From a bacterium (GTDB lineage: Bacteria > Patescibacteriota > Minisyncoccia > UBA6257 > GWB1-50-10), in the NCBI GenBank assembly GCA_021812365.1, contig JAKANQ010000001.1:32763-96762 (forward strand): a stretch of 64,000 bases of DNA, given 5' to 3'. Numbering within the stretch: the stretch's first letter is position 1; each line of letters opens with the position of its first letter. Below the pieces are notes generated by a model. The model saw nothing but the letters and a program-made list of their open reading frames with translations, had not been told where the DNA came from and searched no databases. The translations under genes were made by a program, and so were the position numbers. This document shows positions 17,079 through 26,791 of the stretch, piece by piece.

Positions 17079-19385
17079 TTAATTTGCGAGTGGTAAGGTG
17101 AAGCCGAAGGTCGTTCCTCCGTCAGGAATGCTCTTTTCGAGTTTAATCGTTCCTCCCATCGCTTCCACCATCAATTTTGAGATATAGAGACCAAGCCCCG
17201 TACCTTGAGCGACGCTTCGTGTCAGAATATTTGGAGCCGCTTGCTGGAACTTATGGAAAAGAAGGGATTGATATTCAAGCGGTATACCTACTCCAGTATC
17301 TGAGACGAGCACCTTTATAAAGTGTTCTTCTTTTTCTATCCTTACCTTTATTCCTCCTTGTGTGGTGTAATTGATGGCGTTGCCGATGAGATTCAATAAA
17401 ATTTCTTTTACGCGATCCCTGTCCGCTTTGACTGGCGGCAATGAAACAGATGGCTTTTCAAATTCAAGAATGAGTTTCTTTTCCGATGCCAATTCTTTCA
17501 CTCCCTTTATCGTTTCTTCTATGATATCGGGCAGTGAAAGCACCTCTGTCTTCATTGTGATTCTACCCTGTTCGAAACGCGATACGTTAAGGAAGTCATT
17601 CACTATCTTAATGAGCCGAACGCTTCCATTCTCGATGTCATCAAGCATTTGAAGCACCTCGGGGTCGTGAATCGTCTTTGTATAATAGCTTCGTATGAGA
17701 GAGATATTTCCCCGTATCGCAGTGAGCGGAGTCTTCAATTCATGAGACGCAATGGAGAAGAATTCCTCCCTGCTTCGTTCAAGAATCTTCGCTTCGGTGA
17801 TATCCTCCACCAAAATAACAGTACCAATTATCTCCTCATGATCTCTTATCATGGTGATGGGAGAGAAGAGCATACGCAAGAACTTGCCCTTGAACGCAAT
17901 CTCCTCCATTTCGATTATTTTTTTCTCCTTCTTCGCTTTTACCGCCTGCTCCGAAAGGTTGACGCTGTTCTGTAGCGCCTTCTGTATGTCATTCAACGCC
18001 CAGCCCGAGTGTGGCAAGCTAAATATTGTTTCAATCGCGGGATTCGCGATAAGTACATTATTTTTCGTATCCGTAAGAAGAAATCCGAGTGATAAGCTAT
18101 TTATTGAAGCAGTGAGGCGCGCCTGTTCCTCCCTTAATTCTCTTGTGCGGTCAGTGACCTTTTGTTCGGTGTTTGCTTTTTCCGCCTTCAATTTCTTATC
18201 CAGTTCCTCAAGTGTCGCGTTATTTCTTGCCAGTTCGGTAAGCTTTTTCGCGAGTTCGGCGGTTCTCTCCCTTACCTTCTCTTCCAAGGCGTGATACGAT
18301 TCAGCCAATTTTTTAGTCATCTGATTGAACGTTCCCGCTAAAAGGCCGATTTCATCGGAAGAGGAAACATGAATTTGCTGGTTCAGATCGCCGTCGATTA
18401 TCTTTTGGGTTATCTTCGTGAGTGCTACGATGGGCGCCGTGAACACTTCGGAAAAATAGAATGCAATAAGGGCTACCAGGAAGGAGGAAATGAGAAATAC
18501 GATAATAAGGTCATTTCTCAGAAAGTCGATGGACGCTAATGCCTCTGCCCTATCAATCTTTACCGCCATCCCCCATCCCGTAAGGTCGATATATCTTGTT
18601 GCGGCCAATACGTTCTGTCCGCGATAATCAACGGCGTCGGTATATACCGACTCTATCTTTGAAAACGATAGAATAATGGGGCTGTGAATCTCACTCGCGT
18701 TTACGGTGCGTTTGAACGCGGCCTCAGAATCAAATCTGAGCGGAGTCAAGAAGACTGCGTTGCCATTCGAATCAAGTTTCGCCAGCTCAGTCTCCCCCGT
18801 TTTTCCGAGGCCCGTATAGTCTTGAATGACATAAAAAAGCTCATCTGCCGGAAATGACATGATGAGAAGTCCGAGCGGTCTTCCCTCGAACATTATTTTA
18901 TTGGTTATGAAGAGTTTTATAGTTTGTTCCTTCTTGTCTTTGGCAAGCGTATACACATTGTCATTCTCATTTTGTAAGAAATCCTCATCGCTAGAGAATG
19001 AGTCTCCGATGATACTTGTATCAGCCGAGGCAAGTATGGTTCCCGTGGCATTCGTGATATATATCGACACATCGGCAAGATTCGAGCTTTCCGTTGCTAA
19101 GATTTTATTGACTGCTTTTCCATCCGCACTATTCTTCAGTCGCAGATATTTTTCGAGTGAGACGCGGAGTTCATACATATTCGACAAGTTAATGACGCGC
19201 TCCCTATCTTGCTGAAGTATCGTGTTTAATCGCTGTTCTTGTTTCGCCGCGGTGGCCGTTAGCTGGTCAATGGTCTTATTCGTTATCTCCGTTTTGAATG
19301 AATTGTATGAAAGAAAATTGACCACCAAGAGCGGAATGAGAGATATGAGAAGGAATAAGATGACGAGTTTCGGTTTAATTTTCAT
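17079..19385 (-). CDS. Sensor histidine kinase (Cache-like, HAMP, PAS-like, HisKA, HATPase)
   Basis: Two TMs, DEIGLLAGTFNQM HAMP, SHELKTPL H-box, NLIGNAINY, DTGVGI, GTGLGL. Confidence 0.93.
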   Translation of the reverse strand: MKIKPKLVILFLLISLIPLLVVNFLSYNSFKTEITNKTIDQLTATAAKQEQRLNTILQQDRERVINLSNMYELRVSLEKYLRLKNSADGKAVNKILATESSNLADVSIYITNATGTILASADTSIIGDSFSSDEDFLQNENDNVYTLAKDKKEQTIKLFITNKIMFEGRPLGLLIMSFPADELFYVIQDYTGLGKTGETELAKLDSNGNAVFLTPLRFDSEAAFKRTVNASEIHSPIILSFSKIESVYTDAVDYRGQNVLAATRYIDLTGWGMAVKIDRAEALASIDFLRNDLIIVFLISSFLVALIAFYFSEVFTAPIVALTKITQKIIDGDLNQQIHVSSSDEIGLLAGTFNQMTKKLAESYHALEEKVRERTAELAKKLTELARNNATLEELDKKLKAEKANTEQKVTDRTRELREEQARLTASINSLSLGFLLTDTKNNVLIANPAIETIFSLPHSGWALNDIQKALQNSVNLSEQAVKAKKEKKIIEMEEIAFKGKFLRMLFSPITMIRDHEEIIGTVILVEDITEAKILERSREEFFSIASHELKTPLTAIRGNISLIRSYYTKTIHDPEVLQMLDDIENGSVRLIKIVNDFLNVSRFEQGRITMKTEVLSLPDIIEETIKGVKELASEKKLILEFEKPSVSLPPVKADRDRVKEILLNLIGNAINYTTQGGIKVRIEKEEHFIKVLVSDTGVGIPLEYQSLLFHKFQQAAPNILTRSVAQGTGLGLYISKLMVEAMGGTIKLEKSIPDGGTTFGFTLPLAN

Positions 19386-19412
19386 TTCCTTAATAAAGGC
19401 TCGGAGCGGCGT

Positions 19413-20507
19413 TTATTTAAGTGGTTCTGCTTTCTGATTCCTTACTATCAACGCCTCGTAGTTTCCCGCCACCTCTCCATTCGCGTCAAACTTTATATAG
19501 CCGGACTTTCCTTCAAATTCAATGTTTTGAAGAATTGTTTTTATCTCCTCACCCGTCTTGGCGCCTTTTTGCAGCGCTAAATAGATTGCCTGAAACGCAT
19601 CATATGCTTGGGGAGCGTAGAGTCCCGCATCAACGCCGAATTCGGCCCTGTGCATTTGTTTGAATGAATTACTGCCGGAAGAGACGGCGGTGATGATAAG
19701 TCCTTCACTTGCGCCGTTGGCATCGCTTAAAAGTGATCTATCGTTCATTGCCTCTGAACCAAATAGTGCCGCTTTTATCTTGAATTCTTGTATTGTCTTC
19801 AGTGCCGCGACGCTTGAAACGGTTGAATTTGAGACTATATAGATCACATCGGGATGGCTCTCTTGAATCTTCGTGATTTCGGTTTTCAGATCGATGGTGT
19901 TCACTTCAAACGGAACATCCGCGACAACACTTCCTCTTAAGCCCTCGAAGTTCTCTTTAAGAACATTTTGAAATGCTACGCCATAATCTTCATTAGAATA
20001 AAGAATTGCCAGTTTACGGTAATTCCTTTCATACATGAGATTCGCTGCGTATCTTCCCTGTAGACTATCCGGCGGCACGGTTCTGAAAAAATAATCATTT
20101 TGGATGCTCAATTCCGGACTCGTGGAACCGGGACTTATGAGCGGTATCTTATATTGGTTCGCGAGCGGTAGGGCTGCAAGAGATGCGCCTGAACAAATTT
20201 CTCCAATGACCGCGACAACGCCTTGGTCGATGAGCTTTTTCATCACCTCTGGAGCCTTTCCCTTATCGCATTGCGAATCTCCTAAAATTATTTCAATGTT
20301 ATCTGCCGCAAGTTCTTTTTTGGCGAGTTGAACACCCTTAAGAACGCTGTAGCCGAACGCGCTGTTTTCCCCGCTCAAGGGCGCCATAAGACCTATTTTG
20401 ATGGTCTTTTCCGAGGTTGAATATTGCTGCGGCAAATAGAGGTAATATACGATACCTCCGACGATGAGTCCGATGAGTGTAAATATGATAACAACTTTTT
20501 TATTCAT
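19413..20507 (-). CDS. LivJ/LivK-like (type 1) substrate-binding protein
   Basis: IKIGLMAPLSG, VIGEICSG, YFFRTVPPD, YDA, G(K)SGYIKFDANGE. Confidence 0.88.
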   Translation of the reverse strand: MNKKVVIIFTLIGLIVGGIVYYLYLPQQYSTSEKTIKIGLMAPLSGENSAFGYSVLKGVQLAKKELAADNIEIILGDSQCDKGKAPEVMKKLIDQGVVAVIGEICSGASLAALPLANQYKIPLISPGSTSPELSIQNDYFFRTVPPDSLQGRYAANLMYERNYRKLAILYSNEDYGVAFQNVLKENFEGLRGSVVADVPFEVNTIDLKTEITKIQESHPDVIYIVSNSTVSSVAALKTIQEFKIKAALFGSEAMNDRSLLSDANGASEGLIITAVSSGSNSFKQMHRAEFGVDAGLYAPQAYDAFQAIYLALQKGAKTGEEIKTILQNIEFEGKSGYIKFDANGEVAGNYEALIVRNQKAEPLK

Positions 20508-20597
20508 GAATACAATAGTATTCTCATTATACTCTTTTTATAGAACGAAATTTCATCTGATATGTGAGAATGGATGATTCTGGTATCATTAGAACGT

Positions 20598-21794
20598 ATG
20601 AATCTGGAATCAAAGGTTCCTAAGAATAAAAATGTGTTCTATGTGGGGCTTTTGAGTTTTTTCGGGGGCATCAGCCAGGATGTCTTTTCCCCCATTCTTC
20701 CCATTTATCTCACCTCTGTTCTTGGATTTGATAAGACATTCATAGGAATTGCCGACGGGTTGGTGACCGCAAGCGTTAATATATTTCAAGTTATCGCCGG
20801 ATTTTTTTCGGACAAGTTCAAGAAGCAGAAGCCTATCATTTTTGCGGGATATTTCTTTTCGATGGTCGGTAGAGCACTCCTTGCATTCTTCACCTCAGGT
20901 ACGATGATTCTTGGATTACGTTTTTTGGATGGTGTGGGAAAGGGCGTAAAGGACCCGCCGAAAGACGTCCTTATCGCGGGTTCCTCGGAGAGGAGTGTGC
21001 GCGGTAAGAGTTTTGGAATTGCCCGAATGCTCGATACCTTGGGCTCTGTTGCAGGCCCCTTGATTCTTTTTGTCCTTCTTTATCTGGTGCAAGGCACCGC
21101 AACCCCCTACCACCTCATCCTTCTTTTTAGCGCGGTTCCTTTGCTTATCACACTTTTGGTGCTTGTGATAAAGATACAAGAGATTCCGCGCGTGGAGACT
21201 GGTATAATCGCTGAAAAGAATTCCTCCATTCAGTTGCCGAAAGCGTTCTATTTTTTTCTCGCTATTGTCATTATCTTTACCATCGGCAATTCTTCCGATG
21301 CGTTTCTTATATTGCGCGCGAAGAATCTAGGCGTAACGCTTCTTGAGATTCCTCTCATAATTGCGCTTTTTAATTTTGTATATGCTTTGCTTGCGGTTCC
21401 CTTCGGTTCTCTTTCCGACAAAATAGGACGCGTTCCGACCATACTTATAAGTTGGTTCGCGTATGTTTTGGTGTATTTGGGGTTTGCCATTTCGACGCAC
21501 TCACTCTCGGTTTGGTTTCTTTACGGATTGTATGGAATCTATTATGCGGCGAATTTGGGCGTGGCAAAGGCATTTCTTGCGGATATGGTAGGCGCCGACC
21601 ATCGTGGAAAAGCGTTCGGTATCTATGGAACTACAGTGGGACTTGCAACTCTTCCCGCTAGTTTTTTCGCGGGATTTCTTTGGGATAAGTTCGGACCTCA
21701 GGCGCCTTTTTATTTTGGTGCGGGTATGGCCGGTCTCGCCACTTTCCTTCTTTTCATATTTTCCAAAAGGCTTTCGGTGGTAAAGCGGGATTAG
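20598..21794 (+). CDS. MFS transporter
   Basis: ~12 TMs; GFFSDKF, GSLSDKIGR, RGKAFG motifs. Confidence 0.9.
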   Translation: MNLESKVPKNKNVFYVGLLSFFGGISQDVFSPILPIYLTSVLGFDKTFIGIADGLVTASVNIFQVIAGFFSDKFKKQKPIIFAGYFFSMVGRALLAFFTSGTMILGLRFLDGVGKGVKDPPKDVLIAGSSERSVRGKSFGIARMLDTLGSVAGPLILFVLLYLVQGTATPYHLILLFSAVPLLITLLVLVIKIQEIPRVETGIIAEKNSSIQLPKAFYFFLAIVIIFTIGNSSDAFLILRAKNLGVTLLEIPLIIALFNFVYALLAVPFGSLSDKIGRVPTILISWFAYVLVYLGFAISTHSLSVWFLYGLYGIYYAANLGVAKAFLADMVGADHRGKAFGIYGTTVGLATLPASFFAGFLWDKFGPQAPFYFGAGMAGLATFLLFIFSKRLSVVKRD

Positions 21795-21902
21795 TGTTAT
21801 TTATTGACCTTCGCCGATCTTTCGATATGTCCCCTTCTTAAGGGTGACCACAACCGATTGGTCGATGCGGCCGATGAGCATTCCGCCAACAGATAGAACA
21901 TG

Positions 21903-21930
21903 GCACCCCGCATGGGGTGCTTTTTTGTTT
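21903..21930 (+). terminator. Intrinsic terminator
   Basis: GCACCCC-GCAT-GGGGTGC followed by TTTTTTGTTT. Confidence 0.75.
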
Positions 21931-21955
21931 CACAGCTATCTTGTATAATGGGCAT

Positions 21956-22255
21956 ATGCTAAAAATTGTCGGTAATGAAATATTCAGAAACAACCAAAAG
22001 GTTGGATGGATCTATGAGGAGCATCATATCCGTTCGCATGATAATAAGCAGCTCGGATATTTTACGAATGATTTCATATTCAGCAATGATGGGCATAGGC
22101 TTGCATATATCAAAGGAGATTACCTCTATCAGTATGGAGTAGATCCCAATGCAACGGGTGCAAAGATTCCGCTTGAAAAAGTGAATCAAAGTATGCCGGG
22201 AAGTATACTTCCCCAGATGGCAAAGTGCGCCATCTTCATGTTCATTGGATCCTAG
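21956..22255 (+). CDS. Hypothetical protein with short beta-hairpin repeats (beta-flower-like)
   Basis: Repeated units QKVGWI / KQLGYF / HRLAYI; TATAAT 6 nt before ATG. Confidence 0.6.
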   Translation: MLKIVGNEIFRNNQKVGWIYEEHHIRSHDNKQLGYFTNDFIFSNDGHRLAYIKGDYLYQYGVDPNATGAKIPLEKVNQSMPGSILPQMAKCAIFMFIGS

Positions 22256-22319
22256 AATCAATCGCTTTTAAAAGCTTAGCCTTATGGGAGAAGCTTTTTT
22301 ATTTTGCTACAATCCTTAT

Positions 22320-22850
22320 ATGGATCAAATAAATTTGGAGTATAGACATGTAGGAAACAAAACACTCGCGTTTTTCATTATACGGGAACTCGGGCTGTTC
22401 TTTCTTACTCTGTTAGTAGTCATTACGTTGGCCATCTCTTCGAAATTTGTGGCATTGCAATATGCACACATACTCACCTTATTGATTCCCTATCTTCTCT
22501 TGTTGCTCCTCCTTTTCCTTATTTTGGGAAGCATTAAGGGATGGTTCAAATATTCTCATTATTCGATGATTTTGTCCGATGAGGATATGACAATAACGCA
22601 AGGATTTGTGAGCCAAGAAGAGATAGGGATTCCCTATCGCAGAGTCAAAGAAATTCAAATCGAGCGCGATGTCATCGATGAGTTAGCTGGGCTAAGCGAT
22701 GTGGTAATTATCATTCAAGGGGCGGAAGAAAGCGGCGCTATGACGGAGCGGAGGGTTATTCTTCCTTCGTTACCCAAAGATGTTGCCATTCGGATTCAAA
22801 ATAAAATTTTAGGGAAAGCGGAGGTTCAAGAGATGACATTGGATAAATAG
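22320..22850 (+). CDS. Bacterial PH-domain (bPH_2/YdbS-like) membrane protein
   Basis: Two TMs then ITQGFV...IPYRRVKEIQIER...GLSDV. Confidence 0.75.
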   Translation: MDQINLEYRHVGNKTLAFFIIRELGLFFLTLLVVITLAISSKFVALQYAHILTLLIPYLLLLLLLFLILGSIKGWFKYSHYSMILSDEDMTITQGFVSQEEIGIPYRRVKEIQIERDVIDELAGLSDVVIIIQGAEESGAMTERRVILPSLPKDVAIRIQNKILGKAEVQEMTLDK

Positions 22851-22863
22851 AAAAAGACCGCGC

Positions 22864-23343
22864 TTATGCGCGGTCTTTTGGCACTATTTGATAGTACACT
22901 TCTTTTAAGCGGCTCAAATCCAACGTGAGCCATCGAACCCAATTCATCGTTACCTTATATAAAGTAAAATTGATGCCGACAATTTCAAGGAAGGGGCCGT
23001 AATAGAGTGCTCCTAATGTTGTGTCTTGGGAAAGTTTCTCGATAAAGTTTTTCTGTTCATCGCGCGAAACGATTTCTGCGGTTCCGCTCATTTGTAACGT
23101 TGCGGGGCCAAGATCGGTGCCGATTACGACAGCGATATTTTTATTGGTCGCAAGATTTCTCATCTTTCTTGAGTCGCCGCGGGTAATAAAAAATAAGTTG
23201 AATTTTTCATCCATATAGTAAAGTACCATCGCCGATTCGGGAATACCTTCCGGCGAGACTGTGGAAACAACCGCGAGTTTTCTTGCCTTTGCAAATTTTA
23301 TTGCTCCCTGCTCAATCTTTTCCGTTGCTTGTTCTATTTCCAT
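22864..23343 (-). CDS. Pyridoxamine 5'-phosphate oxidase-like FMN-binding protein
   Basis: VVSTVSPEGIPES, FITRGDSRKMRNLATNKNI. Confidence 0.8.
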   Translation of the reverse strand: MEIEQATEKIEQGAIKFAKARKLAVVSTVSPEGIPESAMVLYYMDEKFNLFFITRGDSRKMRNLATNKNIAVVIGTDLGPATLQMSGTAEIVSRDEQKNFIEKLSQDTTLGALYYGPFLEIVGINFTLYKVTMNWVRWLTLDLSRLKEVYYQIVPKDRA

Positions 23344-23452
23344 ATATTCGATTATAGCAAATGCAGTCATATCAAAAGTTACTCCGCGCAATAAATTGCC
23401 ATATGGTATTGTATTATATGTACCTTACTTGCGAGGCATGGTGCTTTCTAAT

Positions 23453-24028
23453 ATGACATTCAAACAAATTAAAAAAGGCACATTATCGTCATTAGTGATC
23501 GTTTCCTTCGGGATATATGTGTTCTTGAATCGCTCGCGAACTGCGGTGGGCATTCCCCCGTTTTCGGTTGCGGACGGCGAAAAACAGAATATTCCATCAA
23601 TATTACGTACGGACACGGGTATTCAGAATCCGATAACCGCCATCAGTCGTTCTTTTAATGAAGAGGGTGATAACGAAGATGTTTCAGTTGTTGCCAAACC
23701 GTCCGCGACGACTAAGCCGCCGTCTCAATCAATATCACTGGGAACGTATAAGAATGGCACGTGGAATGGCGCAGCCTCATATGCGTATACCGGAACCATT
23801 CAAGTGAATCTTACCATCGCTTCGGGAAAGATTGCCGATGTGCAGGCCATTGACGCATCGCGAAGCGGAACCTCAAAACAAATCAATGCAAATGCGTTGC
23901 CCATTCTGAAGAGTGAAACGATTCAGGCTCAGAGCGATAGCATCGATGCGGTTTCAGGCGCAACATATACGAGTGCCGCATATTTGGAATCGTTGAAGTC
24001 TGCGCTCTTGCAAGCCAAACCTATTTAA
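23453..24028 (+). CDS. Extracytosolic FMN-binding (flavinylated) protein
   Basis: N-terminal TM; YKNGTWNG and DAVSGATYTS flavinylation motif. Confidence 0.85.
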   Translation: MTFKQIKKGTLSSLVIVSFGIYVFLNRSRTAVGIPPFSVADGEKQNIPSILRTDTGIQNPITAISRSFNEEGDNEDVSVVAKPSATTKPPSQSISLGTYKNGTWNGAASYAYTGTIQVNLTIASGKIADVQAIDASRSGTSKQINANALPILKSETIQAQSDSIDAVSGATYTSAAYLESLKSALLQAKPI

Positions 24029-24777
24029 TGAGACAAGTTAATTTGATAATGGGAATGCCTATTACCGTGGAAATAGCCGACTCCGCGGTTACCGAGAAGG
24101 ATTTTGAAGCTGTCTTTTCGTATTTTCGTTCCGTAGATGAACAATTCAGTCCATATAAAGCGACGAGCGAGGTTTCAAAGCTCAATAGCGGAGAACTTAA
24201 AGAAAAAGATTACAGCAGCGAAATGAAGGAAGTGCTGTCTCTTGCGGAGAAAACCAAGAAAGATACAAATGGATATTTTGACGTATGGCATAAGGGGGCA
24301 TTTGATCCCTCTGGTATCGTAAAGGGCTGGTCAATCTATAATGCCGCGAAAATCCTTGACGCGAGAGGTTTCTCCAACTTCTATGTTGATGCGGGGGGCG
24401 ATATCGAGGTGAGGGGAAAAAATATGGAAGGAGTGTTATGGCGCGTTGGTATCCGCAATCCTTTTGAAACAAGCTCCATCATTAAGACTCTTCAGCTTAC
24501 CGATTGCGGAGTCGCGACTTCGGGAACATACATACGCGGGCAGCATATCTATAATCCTCACGACCAAGACTCCGAAATAAAGGACATTGTGAGTCTTACG
24601 GTCATCGGGCCCAACATATATGAAGCTGATAGATTTGCCACTGCGGCATTTGCAATGGGTGGAGATGGCATTATCTTTCTCGCTTCAATTCCCCATCTTG
24701 CCGCATATGTCATTGATGCAAAAGGTATTGCCACCATGACACCCAACTTTGAAAAATTCGTATATAACCCCAATTAA
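24028..24777 (+). CDS. apbE: FAD:protein FMN transferase
   Basis: MG.., DPSGIVKGW, DAGGDI, VATSG, HIYNP, ADRFATA. Confidence 0.9.
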   Translation: MRQVNLIMGMPITVEIADSAVTEKDFEAVFSYFRSVDEQFSPYKATSEVSKLNSGELKEKDYSSEMKEVLSLAEKTKKDTNGYFDVWHKGAFDPSGIVKGWSIYNAAKILDARGFSNFYVDAGGDIEVRGKNMEGVLWRVGIRNPFETSSIIKTLQLTDCGVATSGTYIRGQHIYNPHDQDSEIKDIVSLTVIGPNIYEADRFATAAFAMGGDGIIFLASIPHLAAYVIDAKGIATMTPNFEKFVYNPN

Positions 24778-24784
24778 TCCAATT

Positions 24785-26311
24785 ATGCTCACATTCATAG
24801 ATTCATTTCTTAATAAGACGACGATGTATCGCGTAGTACTTTATTATCTTGCATCCCTTCTTGGTATCGCGTTCGTTCTCAGTTTTTTCGGGGTTCTTCC
24901 ATTTACTCCGCTCCCGCTTTTACTATCCATTGCCGTTCTTGTGATGGTATCGTGGGCGGTAAATACCGCATTCGCATTCATATTCGAGGCTCCGACGAAT
25001 ATTGAATCGACATTCATTACCGCGTTCATTCTGGCGCTCATCATCACTCCCGCTTCTCTTAGCCATTTTTCATCATTCCTCGCTTTTATTCTATGGGCAT
25101 CAATTTGGGCTATGGCATCAAAGTTCATTTTTGCCATTGGAAATAAGCATATATTCAATCCCGCGGCGTTCGCAGTCGCGCTTACCGCAGTCACTCTCAA
25201 TCAATCGGCGAGCTGGTGGATCGGCAATTCATGGATGGCATTATTCGTATTGTTGGGAGGAATATTGCTTGTGAGAAAATTGAAACGCTTCGACCTCGCT
25301 TTTTCCTTCTTTGTTGTGGCATTCGTAACCATCATTGGATTTGGCATCGCCATGGGTGGCGAGCTTGTGCAACTTATGCAGCGAATGCTTTTCAATTCTC
25401 CTCTTCTTTTCTTTTCATTCGTAATGATCACCGAACCTCTTACTACGCCTCCCACGCGATTGCTTAGAATGCTCTATGGGGCGTTTGTAGGATTCTTATT
25501 TGCCCCAGGAGTCCATGTGGGGTCTCTTTATTCAACACCCGAATTGGCGCTGCTTGTAGGGAATCTTTATTCATATGCCGTAAGTCCCAAGAAGAAACAT
25601 ATTTTGAAACTTGAAGAAAGAGTCAAGGTCACGCCAACTATCTTTGATTTTGTGTTCAATACCGATGAGCAGTTTGAATTCAAACCAGGCCAGTATTTGG
25701 AATGGACATTAGGACATTATAGGCCCGATGACCGCGGCAATAGGCGCTATTTTACGATTGCGTCGTCGCCCACCGAACCGGGAATACGGCTTGGTGTTAA
25801 GTTCTACGAACCTCCAAGCACATTCAAGAAAACACTTGCATTCATGCGTCCCGGAGATGAGCTTGTTGCTTCGCAGCTTTCCGGAGATTTCGTACTTCCT
25901 ACCGACATTAGAAAAAAATTAGTATTCATCGCGGGGGGCGTGGGGATCACTCCGTTTCGAAGCATGATAAAGTATCTCTCCGATAAGGATGAGAAGAGGG
26001 ATGTGATACTCCTCTACTCCAACAGGACCGCAGATGAGATTGCATATAAGAATGTATTCGATGAAGCGGCCCAAAAGATAGGACTTAAAGCTCTCTATGC
26101 GGTCACCGATGCGAAAGCGAATATTCCCGATTGGTGCCACGGAGGTGTCATCGATGGAAGGATGATTGCGGCGAACATTCCCGATTACAAAGAACGCGTC
26201 TTCTATATTTCGGGACCGAGGGTCATGGTTGACGCGTTTCAAAGTACGTTAAAAGGATTGGGCGTGAAACGGAAACAGATAAAAATCGATTTTTTCCCAG
26301 GATTCGCATAA
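24785..26311 (+). CDS. NqrB/RnfD-like membrane domain fused to an FNR-type FAD/NAD oxidoreductase
   Basis: KHIFNPAA, MITEPLTTP, then RYFTIASSP, AGGVGITPFRSM, YISGP. Confidence 0.88.
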   Translation: MLTFIDSFLNKTTMYRVVLYYLASLLGIAFVLSFFGVLPFTPLPLLLSIAVLVMVSWAVNTAFAFIFEAPTNIESTFITAFILALIITPASLSHFSSFLAFILWASIWAMASKFIFAIGNKHIFNPAAFAVALTAVTLNQSASWWIGNSWMALFVLLGGILLVRKLKRFDLAFSFFVVAFVTIIGFGIAMGGELVQLMQRMLFNSPLLFFSFVMITEPLTTPPTRLLRMLYGAFVGFLFAPGVHVGSLYSTPELALLVGNLYSYAVSPKKKHILKLEERVKVTPTIFDFVFNTDEQFEFKPGQYLEWTLGHYRPDDRGNRRYFTIASSPTEPGIRLGVKFYEPPSTFKKTLAFMRPGDELVASQLSGDFVLPTDIRKKLVFIAGGVGITPFRSMIKYLSDKDEKRDVILLYSNRTADEIAYKNVFDEAAQKIGLKALYAVTDAKANIPDWCHGGVIDGRMIAANIPDYKERVFYISGPRVMVDAFQSTLKGLGVKRKQIKIDFFPGFA

Positions 26312-26353
26312 TAAGAAAATACCGCCATGAAGACGGTATTTTTATCGGTATTA

Positions 26354-26791
26354 CTATTGCTGCGGAATAGGAGTCTGAGGAATAGGCCTTATCTGAATCA
26401 TTTGAGCGGACATACTTCCGTCGGAATTCAATGTTCCATTCGCATTTATTTCCTTGCCGATCTGAAGGTCATTCAGCGTTCCGCTAGTTGATTTTGAGAT
26501 TTGCGTTGTCCCTGAGAAGAAGACGAATCGCGAGCTTCCATCCCTTGATTTCACGGTAATACTCTTATCGTCTTTATTCGTTATCTCGCCCATGATGAAA
26601 TTCGCGTTCGAGACGCCGCCCCTCCTCCCCTGTATTCCGTAGATTCCCCTTTGGACCCCCCCGTTTTGCAGAACATTGGCCGCGCTGTTTTTGCCGTATT
26701 GAATACCTCCCCAAAAACCAAGCAAGACCGCCATTACCATCCCTATTGCGAACATCATTGTTTTATTTTTTTTCATATTTAATTTATTCAT
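26354..26791 (-). CDS. Hypothetical membrane-anchored OB-fold-like protein (DUF5666-like)
   Basis: TM, Gly-rich linker, GEITNKDDKSITVKSRDG. Confidence 0.6.
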   Translation of the reverse strand: MNKLNMKKNKTMMFAIGMVMAVLLGFWGGIQYGKNSAANVLQNGGVQRGIYGIQGRRGGVSNANFIMGEITNKDDKSITVKSRDGSSRFVFFSGTTQISKSTSGTLNDLQIGKEINANGTLNSDGSMSAQMIQIRPIPQTPIPQQ

